DNA of 64,000 nt from Longimicrobiales bacterium. GTDB lineage: Bacteria; Gemmatimonadota; Gemmatimonadetes; Longimicrobiales; Gaopeijiaceae. The stretch spans positions 2,432,001 through 2,496,000 of the forward strand of contig OZ241892.1 in the NCBI GenBank assembly GCA_965203485.1, in the 5' to 3' direction. Each line of letters opens with the position of its first letter. Positions within the stretch are counted from its first letter, which is position 1. The notes under the pieces were generated by a model, which had not been told where the DNA came from, made no database searches, and saw nothing but the letters and a program-made list of their open reading frames with translations. The translations under genes and the position numbers were made by a program. Below, piece after piece: positions 54,187 through 63,249 of this stretch.

Positions 54187-55904
54187 GCAATCCGTTCCGC
54201 AAGTGCCCGACCACCGGGCTCCGCGTGCACAAGGACGCCGACGCCCTGATCAAGGCCAACGCAGTGGCCGCTACGGTCGCGTTGCTGATCGGCGGCGTCA
54301 CGGCGGTGCTGGTGCTGCTGACGCGGTGGCAGGCCGTTCATCTGCTGAGCGACGTGTGGTTCTACCGCATCCTCACCGTCCACGGGATGAACATGCTGAT
54401 CTTCTTCATCCTGTTCTTCGAGATGGCGGTCCTGTACTTCGCGTCGGCAACGCTGCTCAACTCCCGCGTGGCCGCCCCGAAGACCGGGTGGACCGCGTTC
54501 GCTCTGATGCTGGCGGGCGCCGCAATGGTGGAGTGGGCCATGTTCACGGGCAGGGCCGACGTCTTGTTCACTTCCTACGTGCCGTTGAAGGCGCACTGGA
54601 GCTTCTACCTGGGCGTCATCCTCTTCGCCGTGGGCGCGATCCTCGTGACGGCGATCTTCTTCGCGACGCTCGTGGTCGCCAAGCGGGAGAAGACGTATTC
54701 GGGGTCCGTGCCCCTGGTGACCTTCGGCGCCATGACCGCGGCGATCATCGCGGCCATCACGCTCCTCCACGGCGCGGCGATCTACATTCCCACCTTTCTC
54801 TGGTCCTTGGGCCTCATGGAGGTGGACCCGCAGGTGTACCGGCTGGTCTGGTGGGGGCTGGGCCACTCCTCGCAGCAGATCAACGTCGCCGCGATGGTGG
54901 CGATCTGGTACTTGCTGGGCGGACTTACCGTCGGCGCCGTGGTCGTGAACGAGAAGATCAGCCGCACCGCGTTCGTCTTGTACATCCTGTTCATTTCCAT
55001 GGCGTCGGCGCACCACCTGCTGGTGGATCCAGGATTCGGTCCGTCGTGGAAGATCGTGAACACGTCATACTTCATGTACATGGCTGTGCTGGCGTCCATG
55101 CTCCACGGCTTCACCGTGCCCGCCGGCATCGAGCTTGGAATGCGGCTCCGGGGCTTCACGCAAGGGGTGTTCGGCTGGCTTCGGCGCGCGCCCTGGCACG
55201 ACCCGGGCTTCTCGGCGCTGTGCCTTTCCGTGGTCGTGTTCGGATTCGTGGGCGGGATAACCGGCGTGACCTTCGGCACCGAGCAGATCAACATCATCGC
55301 GCACAACACCCTGCGAATCCCCGGCCACTTTCACGCTACCGTCGTCAGCGGCACCGCGATGGCCTTCATGGGCGTCACCTACTACGTGATTCCGCTGATC
55401 TTCCGAAAGAGGATCGCCTTCTACCGCCTAGCAAAGTGGCAACCATGGGTGTTCAGCGCCGGCATGCTCGTGTTCTCGATGGCGATGACCTTTGCCGGCA
55501 CCTTCGGAGTCCCGCGCAGACATTGGGACGTGACCTTCTCGGGGGCGCCCTTCGGCGTGGAATACTCCGCCGCCGTGGACTTGCTGTTCGCGGTCATGGC
55601 GGCCGGGGGCTTGGTCGCGGCGGTGGGCGGCGCCATGTACATCGTGGTGACCGTTTCGTCGGTCTTCTTCGGCAAGCCGCTGGGCGACGAAACGACTCGA
55701 TCGGCTCTTGCGGGCGCCGTGCCGCCGGGCCTCTACACGCGACCCTTCACGGAACTCCCCGCCGTGCAGAGCAAGCTCGAGGAACACGGCAAGCTGGGGA
55801 TGATGCCCGGCACAATGATCCTCGTCGGCGTGTTCATGCTCGCCTTCGTCGTCTACTACTTCGCCAACTGGAAGCTCCTCTCGGCGATGTGGCTGATCGG
55901 GTGA
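54183..55904 (+). CDS. heme-copper oxidoreductase subunit I lacking active-site Tyr; probable eNOR-type nitric oxide reductase
   Basis: All six His ligands present (TVHG, LGHSSQQ, AHH, GHFH), but Gln sits at the His+4 Tyr position. Confidence 0.85.
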   Translation: MSNPFRKCPTTGLRVHKDADALIKANAVAATVALLIGGVTAVLVLLTRWQAVHLLSDVWFYRILTVHGMNMLIFFILFFEMAVLYFASATLLNSRVAAPKTGWTAFALMLAGAAMVEWAMFTGRADVLFTSYVPLKAHWSFYLGVILFAVGAILVTAIFFATLVVAKREKTYSGSVPLVTFGAMTAAIIAAITLLHGAAIYIPTFLWSLGLMEVDPQVYRLVWWGLGHSSQQINVAAMVAIWYLLGGLTVGAVVVNEKISRTAFVLYILFISMASAHHLLVDPGFGPSWKIVNTSYFMYMAVLASMLHGFTVPAGIELGMRLRGFTQGVFGWLRRAPWHDPGFSALCLSVVVFGFVGGITGVTFGTEQINIIAHNTLRIPGHFHATVVSGTAMAFMGVTYYVIPLIFRKRIAFYRLAKWQPWVFSAGMLVFSMAMTFAGTFGVPRRHWDVTFSGAPFGVEYSAAVDLLFAVMAAGGLVAAVGGAMYIVVTVSSVFFGKPLGDETTRSALAGAVPPGLYTRPFTELPAVQSKLEEHGKLGMMPGTMILVGVFMLAFVVYYFANWKLLSAMWLIG

Positions 55905-55920
55905 CCGCGGGACGGCGCCG

Positions 55921-56841
55921 ATGATCCTCCGCCCCCAGGACAAATGGCCCGCCGGGGCCGTCGCGTTCGTCCTGGCCGTGTCCGCCGCGTGGTGGGGATT
56001 CGCGTTGTTCGCGGTCCCCGGCGCGCCCGAGTGGCTGGACCGCGCCCGCGCCGTCTGCTTCAACATCACCGAGAGCGGACTGCCGGACGCGAAGGGCTGG
56101 CTGCTGCTGGTCGGCCAGCCGCCCGCAATGCTGCTGGCGCTGTACACGGGATGGAGCGGCGAAGTGCGCGACACCTGCCGCCACTTCGCCCGCTCGCCCG
56201 CCGGACGGCGTCTGATGGCGGGCGCGGGCGTGACGGTCGCGGCCTTCCTGGCCGTTGCCGCCGCGCGAGTGGCCAGCCTTCGCCTCCCGCCGCCCGCGCT
56301 GGCGGCGGGGCTCGCCGCAAGCGCCGACGAACCCCTGCCCGACACCTACCCGCGCCTCGACCGCCCGTGGCCGCGGACGGACGGCTTGGTGGACCAGCGC
56401 GGCGCCTCCTTCACGCTGGAGAGCCTCGGAGGGCGGCGGGCCTTCGTCACCTTCGCGTTCGGCCACTGCGCGACGATCTGCCCCGTGGTCGTGCGCAACT
56501 CGCTGGAGGCGCGGCGATCCGCCCGGGCCCGGCAAGCGGCCGGCGCCTCCATGGCGGTCGTGGTATTCACGCTGGACCCCTGGCGCGACACGCCCAGCCG
56601 GTTGCCGGCCCTCGCGGAGCGCTACGGACTGGACCCCGCACGCGACTTCCTCGTCGGAGGCGCCCCCGAAGCCGTGACGGCCGTCTTGGACGCCTTCGGC
56701 ATGGCCCACCAGCGCGACGCTCGCACTGGCGACGTCGCGCATCCGCCGCTGGTCTACCTAGTGGAGGACGACGGAACGTTGGCGTACGCGTCCTCCGGCA
56801 CGACGGCCCATCTCGTGCAGCTGTCGGCGAGGTTGCGGTAG
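55921..56841 (+). CDS. SCO-family copper chaperone with N-terminal membrane extension
   Basis: FGHCATICP, TLDPWRDTP, VAHPP. Confidence 0.88.
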   Translation: MILRPQDKWPAGAVAFVLAVSAAWWGFALFAVPGAPEWLDRARAVCFNITESGLPDAKGWLLLVGQPPAMLLALYTGWSGEVRDTCRHFARSPAGRRLMAGAGVTVAAFLAVAAARVASLRLPPPALAAGLAASADEPLPDTYPRLDRPWPRTDGLVDQRGASFTLESLGGRRAFVTFAFGHCATICPVVVRNSLEARRSARARQAAGASMAVVVFTLDPWRDTPSRLPALAERYGLDPARDFLVGGAPEAVTAVLDAFGMAHQRDARTGDVAHPPLVYLVEDDGTLAYASSGTTAHLVQLSARLR

Positions 56842-56844
56842 GCC

Positions 56845-57255
56845 CTACTCTCCGCCTGCTTCTTCCCTCCGCGACGCCATCAATCCGTCCAGAGAGTACT
56901 TCCCGGCGCCGCTGGCCGAGAAGAACAGCCAAACGAAGCAGTAGAACGCGGCGAGCTCGCCCCGGTTCACGACGGGCCAGAACCCGTTCGGCGCGTGGAC
57001 CATGAAGTAGGCCACGGCCATCTGGCCGGACAGGAGGAAGGCCACTGGCCGCGCAAACAGCCCCAGCATCATGAGCAGGCCGCCGACAAGTTCCAGGATG
57101 CCGGCGGCGCCCTGAAGGCTGAGGAAGGCATCCACCTGATCTCGGCCCAGCACGCCGAAGACCTTCTGAAGGCCGTGCTGCATGAACAGGAAGCCCGCGA
57201 CCACGCGGAGGGCGCTGAGGGCGATCCCGTAGAATCCGCCGCGGTTGGTGTGCAT
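56845..57255 (-). CDS. DoxX-family membrane protein
   Basis: LRVVAGFLFMQHGLQK..GILELVGG..SGQMAVAYF..H..GAGKYSLD. Confidence 0.9.
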   Translation of the reverse strand: MHTNRGGFYGIALSALRVVAGFLFMQHGLQKVFGVLGRDQVDAFLSLQGAAGILELVGGLLMMLGLFARPVAFLLSGQMAVAYFMVHAPNGFWPVVNRGELAAFYCFVWLFFSASGAGKYSLDGLMASRREEAGGE

Positions 57256-57392
57256 CTTGGCGCTCTCTCCGGCGATTGGGGGCTGTCGGCCGGCGCACCT
57301 CCGCGCCAGCTCGCACGACGCAAACGTGTAGGATAGGGCGCCGCGCGGGCGCCCGCCAGCGCGAGGCCCCTTGCGCGGACGCTCGCCCTCCT

Positions 57393-59726
57393 TCAGAACG
57401 CCTTCAGGTACGTCAGCTTGACCACGCCGGTGCGCCAGCGCCAGCGGTCGCGGGGCAGGTCGTCTTCGGGGAAGCGCGGGTCCAGCGCCTCGCCGGTCAA
57501 GTATCCGGTGTCGAGCACCACGAACAAGTCGCTGCCCGGAGTGTGTATCCAGTCGATGCGGACGTTGGCGCGGATCAGGTTCGACACGTCGTCCCACTGG
57601 ACCAAGGCGTTGGCGAAGAGGGAGCGGTTGACCGCGCCCAGGACGGTCATGCTGAAAAGGCGCGTCGCGAAGTCGCCGTCCGCGACGGGCAGGCTGACGT
57701 CGTTCCACGTGTAGTCGCCGCCGAGCGTCAGGTGCGGGCCGGTCTTCCACTGGCCGCCCACCGCGATGCCGGTGCGCGTGCCGCTCCAGAACCCGCCGGA
57801 CGAGAGCGCGCCGCGGGCCGACAGGCGGCGGCTGTCGTTCGTGCGGAAGCGGAAGTCGAAGGTCGTGAAGGCGTAGTCGCCGGCGGCGAGTTCGCGGCCC
57901 TGGATGCGGGCGGAGGTCCGCAGGGCTTCGGTGCGGCGGCGCAGGTTGACCATCGCCCAGTCGCCGGTCTGGAACGTCAGCATGCTGTGGGAGAGGATGC
58001 TGGCGCTCTGCTTTTCGCCGTCCAGGCCCTGGATGTACTGGCCGTTGACGGCCGCCACGAGCTGGCGGGCCCAACGGCTTCCCTCGAAGCGCGGAAAGGC
58101 GGCGGCCGCGGCCGTGTAGCGCCGCATGTCGCGGCGGCGCACGAACCCCAGCGCGGGGTCGAACTCCCGGGGCACCTGGGTGAAGCTCGCGCCTCCCGAC
58201 AGGACGCTGTTGCCGAGGTCCACTTCCAACGACCCCGCGGCGGCCGATGGAGCCGCGTTCCGGAACGAGCGCGCGGCCCAACCGACCACGGAGCTCGAGC
58301 CCCCGAAGCGCAATTGCGCGTCGAAGCCGGCTACCCGGTTGGTCAGGCCGTCGGCGTCGAGCGACGTGAAGATGCCCCCGACGGTCGCGCGGGGGAACGG
58401 ATCGGCCCGCAACCGGAGAACCGAGTTGACTCCGCCCGGCCTCGCGCGTCCCTCCGCGTCCCCCGCGTCCTCGGTGAGAAGGCTGAGGGCTCCGACGGAC
58501 ACCGGACCCGCTTGGCCCGTGAGCCGCGCGCCTCCGGCGATGGGGTTGGCGATGCCCACGCGGCGGCTGAAGAAGACCTCCGTCTCCCGCGAGTCGCCGA
58601 AGTCGAAGAGGCCCGCGCGCTCGAGGAAGAACTCGCGCTTCTCCGGGAAGAAGAGATCGAAGCGCGTGAGATTGATCTGAACGTTGTCCGCTTCCACCTG
58701 GGCGAAGTCGGGGTTCACCGTGGCGTCCAGAGTGAGGTTGGACGTGATAGAGTACTTGAAGTCCAGGCCGACCTCGTTCAGCGTCCGCGTGACGCCTTCG
58801 CCGCCGCCCGCGCCGCCTTCGGCCGTGCGTCCGGCGATCGCGAACGGCTTGGCCTCCATGTAGCGCCCGCGCCGCAGGTCCTCGAGACCGGCCAGCGTAG
58901 CGTACTGCGACACCTGGGTGAGGCCCGAGCGGAACTCCTGGCTCACATGGGGCCAGTAGACGAACTCGTTCTTCCGCCTGATCGTGCGCTCCACGAGGAT
59001 GCCCATCGTCGGCGCCCGTTCGTCGGAGAACCGAATGGTCGTGAAGGGAATCGCCGCCTCGACGATCCAGCCGGTCGCGGTGACGCGGGCCTCGCTCTCG
59101 TACACGCCTTCCCAGTTCCAGTCGGCCAAGGTCATCGACTCGTCGGTGATGAGCGCGTCGCCCTGGGTGCCGAAAGGGTTGATCTCGAAGATGTAGGCAT
59201 TGCGCCGGTCGTGGTACGTGTCGAGGCCGATGCGGATGTTGTCGTCCTGGTCGATGCGGCCCTCGCGGTGGAGGATGCTGCGACGGACGGCGCCCGGGTC
59301 CGAATCGTGCAGCACGAGCGCGAAGTAGAGGTTGCGCTCGTCGAAGGCCACGCGAAGCTCGGTCCGCTCCGAGGCGGCGGCGCCGTCCACGGGGGCGCGC
59401 TGGCGGAAGTCGGTGACGGGAACCGCCGCTTGCCAGAAGGGCTCGTCGAGGACGGCGTCGATCGCCGGGGGCTCGCCGGCGCGAACGGCCCGCACGATCG
59501 CCTCCGGGCCCGGCGGGGGAGGCGCGGCCTGGGCGGACCGATCCTGCGTCTCGGCGCTCGCGGCGCCCAAGGCTACCGGCCAGGCGCCGATCAGCATCGC
59601 GGCGAGGAGCGCCGGGGGACGCGTTCGCGAGAACGCCGGGCCGTCGGCCGTCCGTCGTCGCGACGGCGCCCGGCCGACAAGGCGCCGCAGGACCGAAGCG
59701 GCCGAGACGTCGCCCCCGGCCCGCAC
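57393..59726 (-). CDS. CBM9-like / DUF5916 outer-membrane protein
   Basis: IDAVLDEPFW, W.VEAAIPF, TVNPDFAQVEAD..NLTRF.LFFPEKREFFLE; C-terminal aromatic residue; start uncertain. Confidence 0.85.
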   Translation of the reverse strand: MRAGGDVSAASVLRRLVGRAPSRRRTADGPAFSRTRPPALLAAMLIGAWPVALGAASAETQDRSAQAAPPPPGPEAIVRAVRAGEPPAIDAVLDEPFWQAAVPVTDFRQRAPVDGAAASERTELRVAFDERNLYFALVLHDSDPGAVRRSILHREGRIDQDDNIRIGLDTYHDRRNAYIFEINPFGTQGDALITDESMTLADWNWEGVYESEARVTATGWIVEAAIPFTTIRFSDERAPTMGILVERTIRRKNEFVYWPHVSQEFRSGLTQVSQYATLAGLEDLRRGRYMEAKPFAIAGRTAEGGAGGGEGVTRTLNEVGLDFKYSITSNLTLDATVNPDFAQVEADNVQINLTRFDLFFPEKREFFLERAGLFDFGDSRETEVFFSRRVGIANPIAGGARLTGQAGPVSVGALSLLTEDAGDAEGRARPGGVNSVLRLRADPFPRATVGGIFTSLDADGLTNRVAGFDAQLRFGGSSSVVGWAARSFRNAAPSAAAGSLEVDLGNSVLSGGASFTQVPREFDPALGFVRRRDMRRYTAAAAAFPRFEGSRWARQLVAAVNGQYIQGLDGEKQSASILSHSMLTFQTGDWAMVNLRRRTEALRTSARIQGRELAAGDYAFTTFDFRFRTNDSRRLSARGALSSGGFWSGTRTGIAVGGQWKTGPHLTLGGDYTWNDVSLPVADGDFATRLFSMTVLGAVNRSLFANALVQWDDVSNLIRANVRIDWIHTPGSDLFVVLDTGYLTGEALDPRFPEDDLPRDRWRWRTGVVKLTYLKAF

Positions 59727-59902
59727 CGCGTGAACACGAATCGCGCATCCACGACGGCGTCGGCCAGGGAACGCCGCGCCGCCGTCGCCGCCTCCGGCCG
59801 ACCCCGAAAGAACGCGCGCGGCCCGCCCGGAACGGCGACGGCCATGAGCGGGCCCACGCACCGCCGCCTCCGGCCGGCCTCGCGAGTCGCGAATCGGCGT
59901 CC

Positions 59903-60742
59903 CTAAGCGGCGCAAGCCGGCTTGACGGCCTGGATCACTCCCCCGTGAACGGACTCGGCGAAGGCGCGCGCCTCGGCCGCGCGGACGGGATCGTCCTTCA
60001 CGACCGCCTGGACCTGGGGGTCGGAGAAGATGTGCTCCGACGGGTACGGACTGCCCTTCTCTACGGAGATCTCGGCGAAGCCGACCGCCTCCAAGTCGCG
60101 TTCGTACTCGGACAAGGGGACCGGAAGGCACCCCACCATCGCGTCCTTCGCGGAGGCGACGAACTCGGGCGCCCCACGGTCCGACACCAAATCGGAGATC
60201 ATCAGCCTGCCGCCCGGCTTGAGCACGCGCAGCGCCTCGGCCAGCGCCCTCGGCCGGTCGGCGGACAGGTTCAGCACGCAGTTCGAGATGACGGCGTCAG
60301 CCACGCCGTCGGCCAGCGGCAACGCCTCGATTTCTCCCAGCCGAAACTCCACGTTCTCGGCCCCGGCCTTGGCCGCGTTGGATCGCGCTCGCTCGACCAT
60401 CTCGGGCGTCATGTCCACGCCCACGACGCGGCCCTCCGGGCCCACGTTCCGTCCCGCCAGAAAGCAGTCGAAGCCGCCCCCGGACCCCAGGTCCACTACC
60501 GTCTCCCCAGGCGAAAGCGACGCCAGCGCGACAGGGTTGCCGCATCCCAACCCCAGGTTGGCGCCCTCGGGCGCCGCCGCCAACTCGCTCTCGTCGTACC
60601 CCACGGCCAAGCCGATCTCCGACGCCGACCCGCCGGCGCAACCGCAACCGCTCTCCGGTCCGCAACATCCGTCGCTCTCCGTCGCGCTGCGCGCGTACCG
60701 CTCCCGCACGGCCCGGCGCACTTCGTTCGCGGCAATCCCCAT
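59903..60742 (-). CDS. arsM: arsenite S-adenosylmethionine methyltransferase
   Basis: N-terminal CC, NLGLGCGNP, DLGSGGGFDC, ISNCVLNL, VGC; GAGGAG RBS. Confidence 0.85.
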   Translation of the reverse strand: MGIAANEVRRAVRERYARSATESDGCCGPESGCGCAGGSASEIGLAVGYDESELAAAPEGANLGLGCGNPVALASLSPGETVVDLGSGGGFDCFLAGRNVGPEGRVVGVDMTPEMVERARSNAAKAGAENVEFRLGEIEALPLADGVADAVISNCVLNLSADRPRALAEALRVLKPGGRLMISDLVSDRGAPEFVASAKDAMVGCLPVPLSEYERDLEAVGFAEISVEKGSPYPSEHIFSDPQVQAVVKDDPVRAAEARAFAESVHGGVIQAVKPACAA

Positions 60743-60980
60743 GTCGTCCTCTCCTCTTCCCGTGTCCAGCCCGGCGAACCGGCGGCCCGGCCCTATTGCC
60801 GGCTCGCCGCCCAGCGGCATTGCCCGGCACGTCGCGTCGCCAACCGGTGGCGGGGCAGGTCTCAGCCGGCGCCCGGGGCCGCGACACGCCGCGCGGCCGC
60901 CACCTTGATGACGCTAGGTTGGACGATAACGTTTCGGCTCGGCCGAACCAACCGATCATGAATGAAGACGGAGAAGCCGC

Positions 60981-62162
60981 ATGGACTGGGGGGACTGGAA
61001 GGAATACATCGACCGGATCGGGTCGCGCCTCGAACGGGAGCGCGAGGACCTCCGGCAACGGGCGCGCCAAGCTGGCGACGAGCTCGACAAGATGGAGGAG
61101 AGGTGGAAGACGTTCGTGTCGCGCGTCTCGGAAATCGAGTTCTCCGAAGTGACCGACGACGTGCGAGCGACGGCGGAAAACTTGGCCGCGGAGCTGCGCG
61201 AGGGATACTCGCGGTTGCGCGACACGATCGGCGAAGCCGGCAAGGCCGGGGCACCGGACCCCGACGGCGGAGGGGGCGCACCGCGCGAGGCCGAACCAGC
61301 GTCGAGGCCGCCGACCGCCGCCGGGCCGGACGAGGGGGACGGGCGGACGGACGCGCCCGATGCCGCCTACACGATGGGCTACGGCGAGGAGTTTCGCCGC
61401 GTGCTGGAGCGTCGCAGCGCCGAGACGCACGCCGCCGACTTGCTGCCGCTGCTCCGCAAGGGCATGCGCGTCCTGGACTTCGGGTGCGGCACCGGGTCGA
61501 TCTCGGTGGGGCTCGCGAAGGCGGTCGAGCCGGGAGAGCTGCACGGAATCGACATGGAAGAGTCGCAGATCGAGATCGCCCAAGCGGCGGCGAAGGCGGG
61601 CGGGCACGACAACGCCGCGTTCCAGGCCGGCGACGCCGCCCAGCTGCCGTTCGAGGACGAAAGGTTCGACGTGGCCCACTGCAACGCGGTGCTGATGCAC
61701 GTCCCCGGCACGCAGGCGGTTCTGGCGGAAGTCATGCGGGTGCTCCGCCCCGGCGGGATCCTGTCGGTGCGCGAACTCAACACGCCCTCGTCGTTCATCG
61801 AGCCCGGATTCGGCGAACTCGAATCCGCTTGGGACACATTCGCGGGGCTTCTGGCGGCCAACGGCGGGCATCCGCGGATGGGGCGCGAAATCGCCGGGAC
61901 GCTCCGGGCGGCCGGATGGTCCGACGTGCGGGCGAACGGGTCGTTCGAGCTGTTCCGTTCGGCCGACGACCGCGTGTTCTTCCATCGCTTCGTGAGCGAG
62001 TGGTTCTTCGCGGAGGACACGGTGAAGGCCGCAACCCAGCACGGCTTGGCGTCGGCCGAGCGCCTGGACGCTTGGCGGAATGCGCTGGACCGGTGGAGAG
62101 ACCACCCGGGAGCGCTCGCGGGCTTCGCATGGGGAGGGGCGACCGCGAAGAAGCCCGGCTGA
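60981..62162 (+). CDS. class I SAM methyltransferase with N-terminal helical domain
   Basis: VLDFGCGTGSI, GID, LPFEDERFDV, RVLRPGG; about 85-aa coiled-coil plus low-complexity linker at the N-terminus. Confidence 0.85.
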   Translation: MDWGDWKEYIDRIGSRLEREREDLRQRARQAGDELDKMEERWKTFVSRVSEIEFSEVTDDVRATAENLAAELREGYSRLRDTIGEAGKAGAPDPDGGGGAPREAEPASRPPTAAGPDEGDGRTDAPDAAYTMGYGEEFRRVLERRSAETHAADLLPLLRKGMRVLDFGCGTGSISVGLAKAVEPGELHGIDMEESQIEIAQAAAKAGGHDNAAFQAGDAAQLPFEDERFDVAHCNAVLMHVPGTQAVLAEVMRVLRPGGILSVRELNTPSSFIEPGFGELESAWDTFAGLLAANGGHPRMGREIAGTLRAAGWSDVRANGSFELFRSADDRVFFHRFVSEWFFAEDTVKAATQHGLASAERLDAWRNALDRWRDHPGALAGFAWGGATAKKPG

Positions 62163-62174
62163 CCGGAGACGCCG

Positions 62175-62269
62175 TCACTCGCCGCAAGCCGGCCGGTTCT
62201 GCTCCAGCCATTCGAGCAACGCCTCGGCGGCCCACCGGTGGCCGCGGGGGGGGGCTCCAGTGGCCGTCG
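62175..62269 (-). pseudogene. 3'-end remnant of an SGNH/AlgX-like gene
   Basis: DGHWS(P..)/GHRWAAEALLEWLEQNRPACGE* with a frameshift in a 9-nt homopolymer; begins exactly at the mini-IS end. Confidence 0.55.
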
Positions 62270-62343
62270 TGGGGTTGCCCCGGTATGGTGGACACGTTCA
62301 ATCTTTCGGGATGAGGGGAGTCCACGATGCCGGGGCAACTCCA
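62270..62343 (+). mobile_element. 74-bp miniature (MITE-like) derivative of the IS3 element
   Basis: TGGGGTTGCCCCGGTATGGTGGACACGTTCAATCTTTCGGGATGAGGGGAGTCCACGATGCCGGGGCAACTCCA = IS3 left end and leader joined to the right inverted repeat. Confidence 0.88.
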
Positions 62344-62435
62344 GTTAAGTTAAGGAGATGATCTTCGCGGCATGGGCATCCGACGGCTGGCCGACGTGAA
62401 GCCGCTGGTCACGTTCCATCGAACACCGCCCATGC

Positions 62436-62939
62436 ATGGAAAGCCAAAGCGTGAAAACCCAATGCCCCTGGCCCTCAGGCTTCCGGCACGGGCGCGTCAT
62501 CCTCTGTGCAATTGCGGCGTGCCTGCTCCGACGCGAGCCCGTTGCGGGCCAGACCGGTGAAGCTGTGCCACGAGATTCCCTTCTCGTTGACTTGCAGAAG
62601 TCGGCGTCAGCCGCAATCGAGGTATTGGACTGGATCGCCGAGTATCCGGCCTGCGCTTCAGCGGCGCGCAACTACGTGGCCAAGCCGACCGAGTTGACGT
62701 CCCATCGGGCGGTGCTGGACGCGCTGAACAACCCCGTTGACGCATTGGAGCTTCGCGAAGGAGTTGTTGACGTGTTGGCGTTCTTGGAAGCGGCACCGTC
62801 ACTGGACATAACGGCATTGCGCAAAATGGTGCAGACAATGGAAGCACACTTTCTGCCCATTAGCCCGGGGCTGATGCGGCCCGGGCTAATGGCATACCTG
62901 CCTTGGGCACAGTTGTGGAAGGCGGCTATCCCCGCGTAA
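62436..62939 (+). CDS. hypothetical protein
   Basis: 167-aa ORF in a lower-GC tract; no family recognised. Confidence 0.4.
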   Translation: MESQSVKTQCPWPSGFRHGRVILCAIAACLLRREPVAGQTGEAVPRDSLLVDLQKSASAAIEVLDWIAEYPACASAARNYVAKPTELTSHRAVLDALNNPVDALELREGVVDVLAFLEAAPSLDITALRKMVQTMEAHFLPISPGLMRPGLMAYLPWAQLWKAAIPA

Positions 62940-63249
62940 GGTAGAGGGCATACAGGGCACTCGCTATCGCCCCCCAGGCCACCAATAGCTTGTACGGGAA
63001 GATCCACCGCGTCAACGGGTGGTTCTCCTTGTCGGCGCGTTGCTTGTAGGCTCTACGCAATATGAAGCGCGAGCATATGAGCAACCCGACGGCCGCGAGG
63101 CTTTGAACATCATCTTGCGTACGTCCGTAGATCAGTGCGAGAATGCCGTAGGTCGCTGCCCAAGGGAATCGATTGGAGCAAGCCCGCAACTTCGCGGAGA
63201 CACCGTTCGTGGGTCTCTCCCTCGGTCTGGCAACCGTCGTGGTCGTCAC
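62926..63249 (-). CDS. small membrane protein
   Basis: GAGGAG RBS before GTG; three hydrophobic segments. Confidence 0.45.
   Translation of the reverse strand: MTTTTVARPRERPTNGVSAKLRACSNRFPWAATYGILALIYGRTQDDVQSLAAVGLLICSRFILRRAYKQRADKENHPLTRWIFPYKLLVAWGAIASALYALYLTRG

Noticed and set aside
56845..59748. 967-aa ORF apparently fusing a long N-terminus to DoxX
   Set aside because: The upstream part is an off-frame reading of the DUF5916 gene; DoxX starts at ATG 57255.
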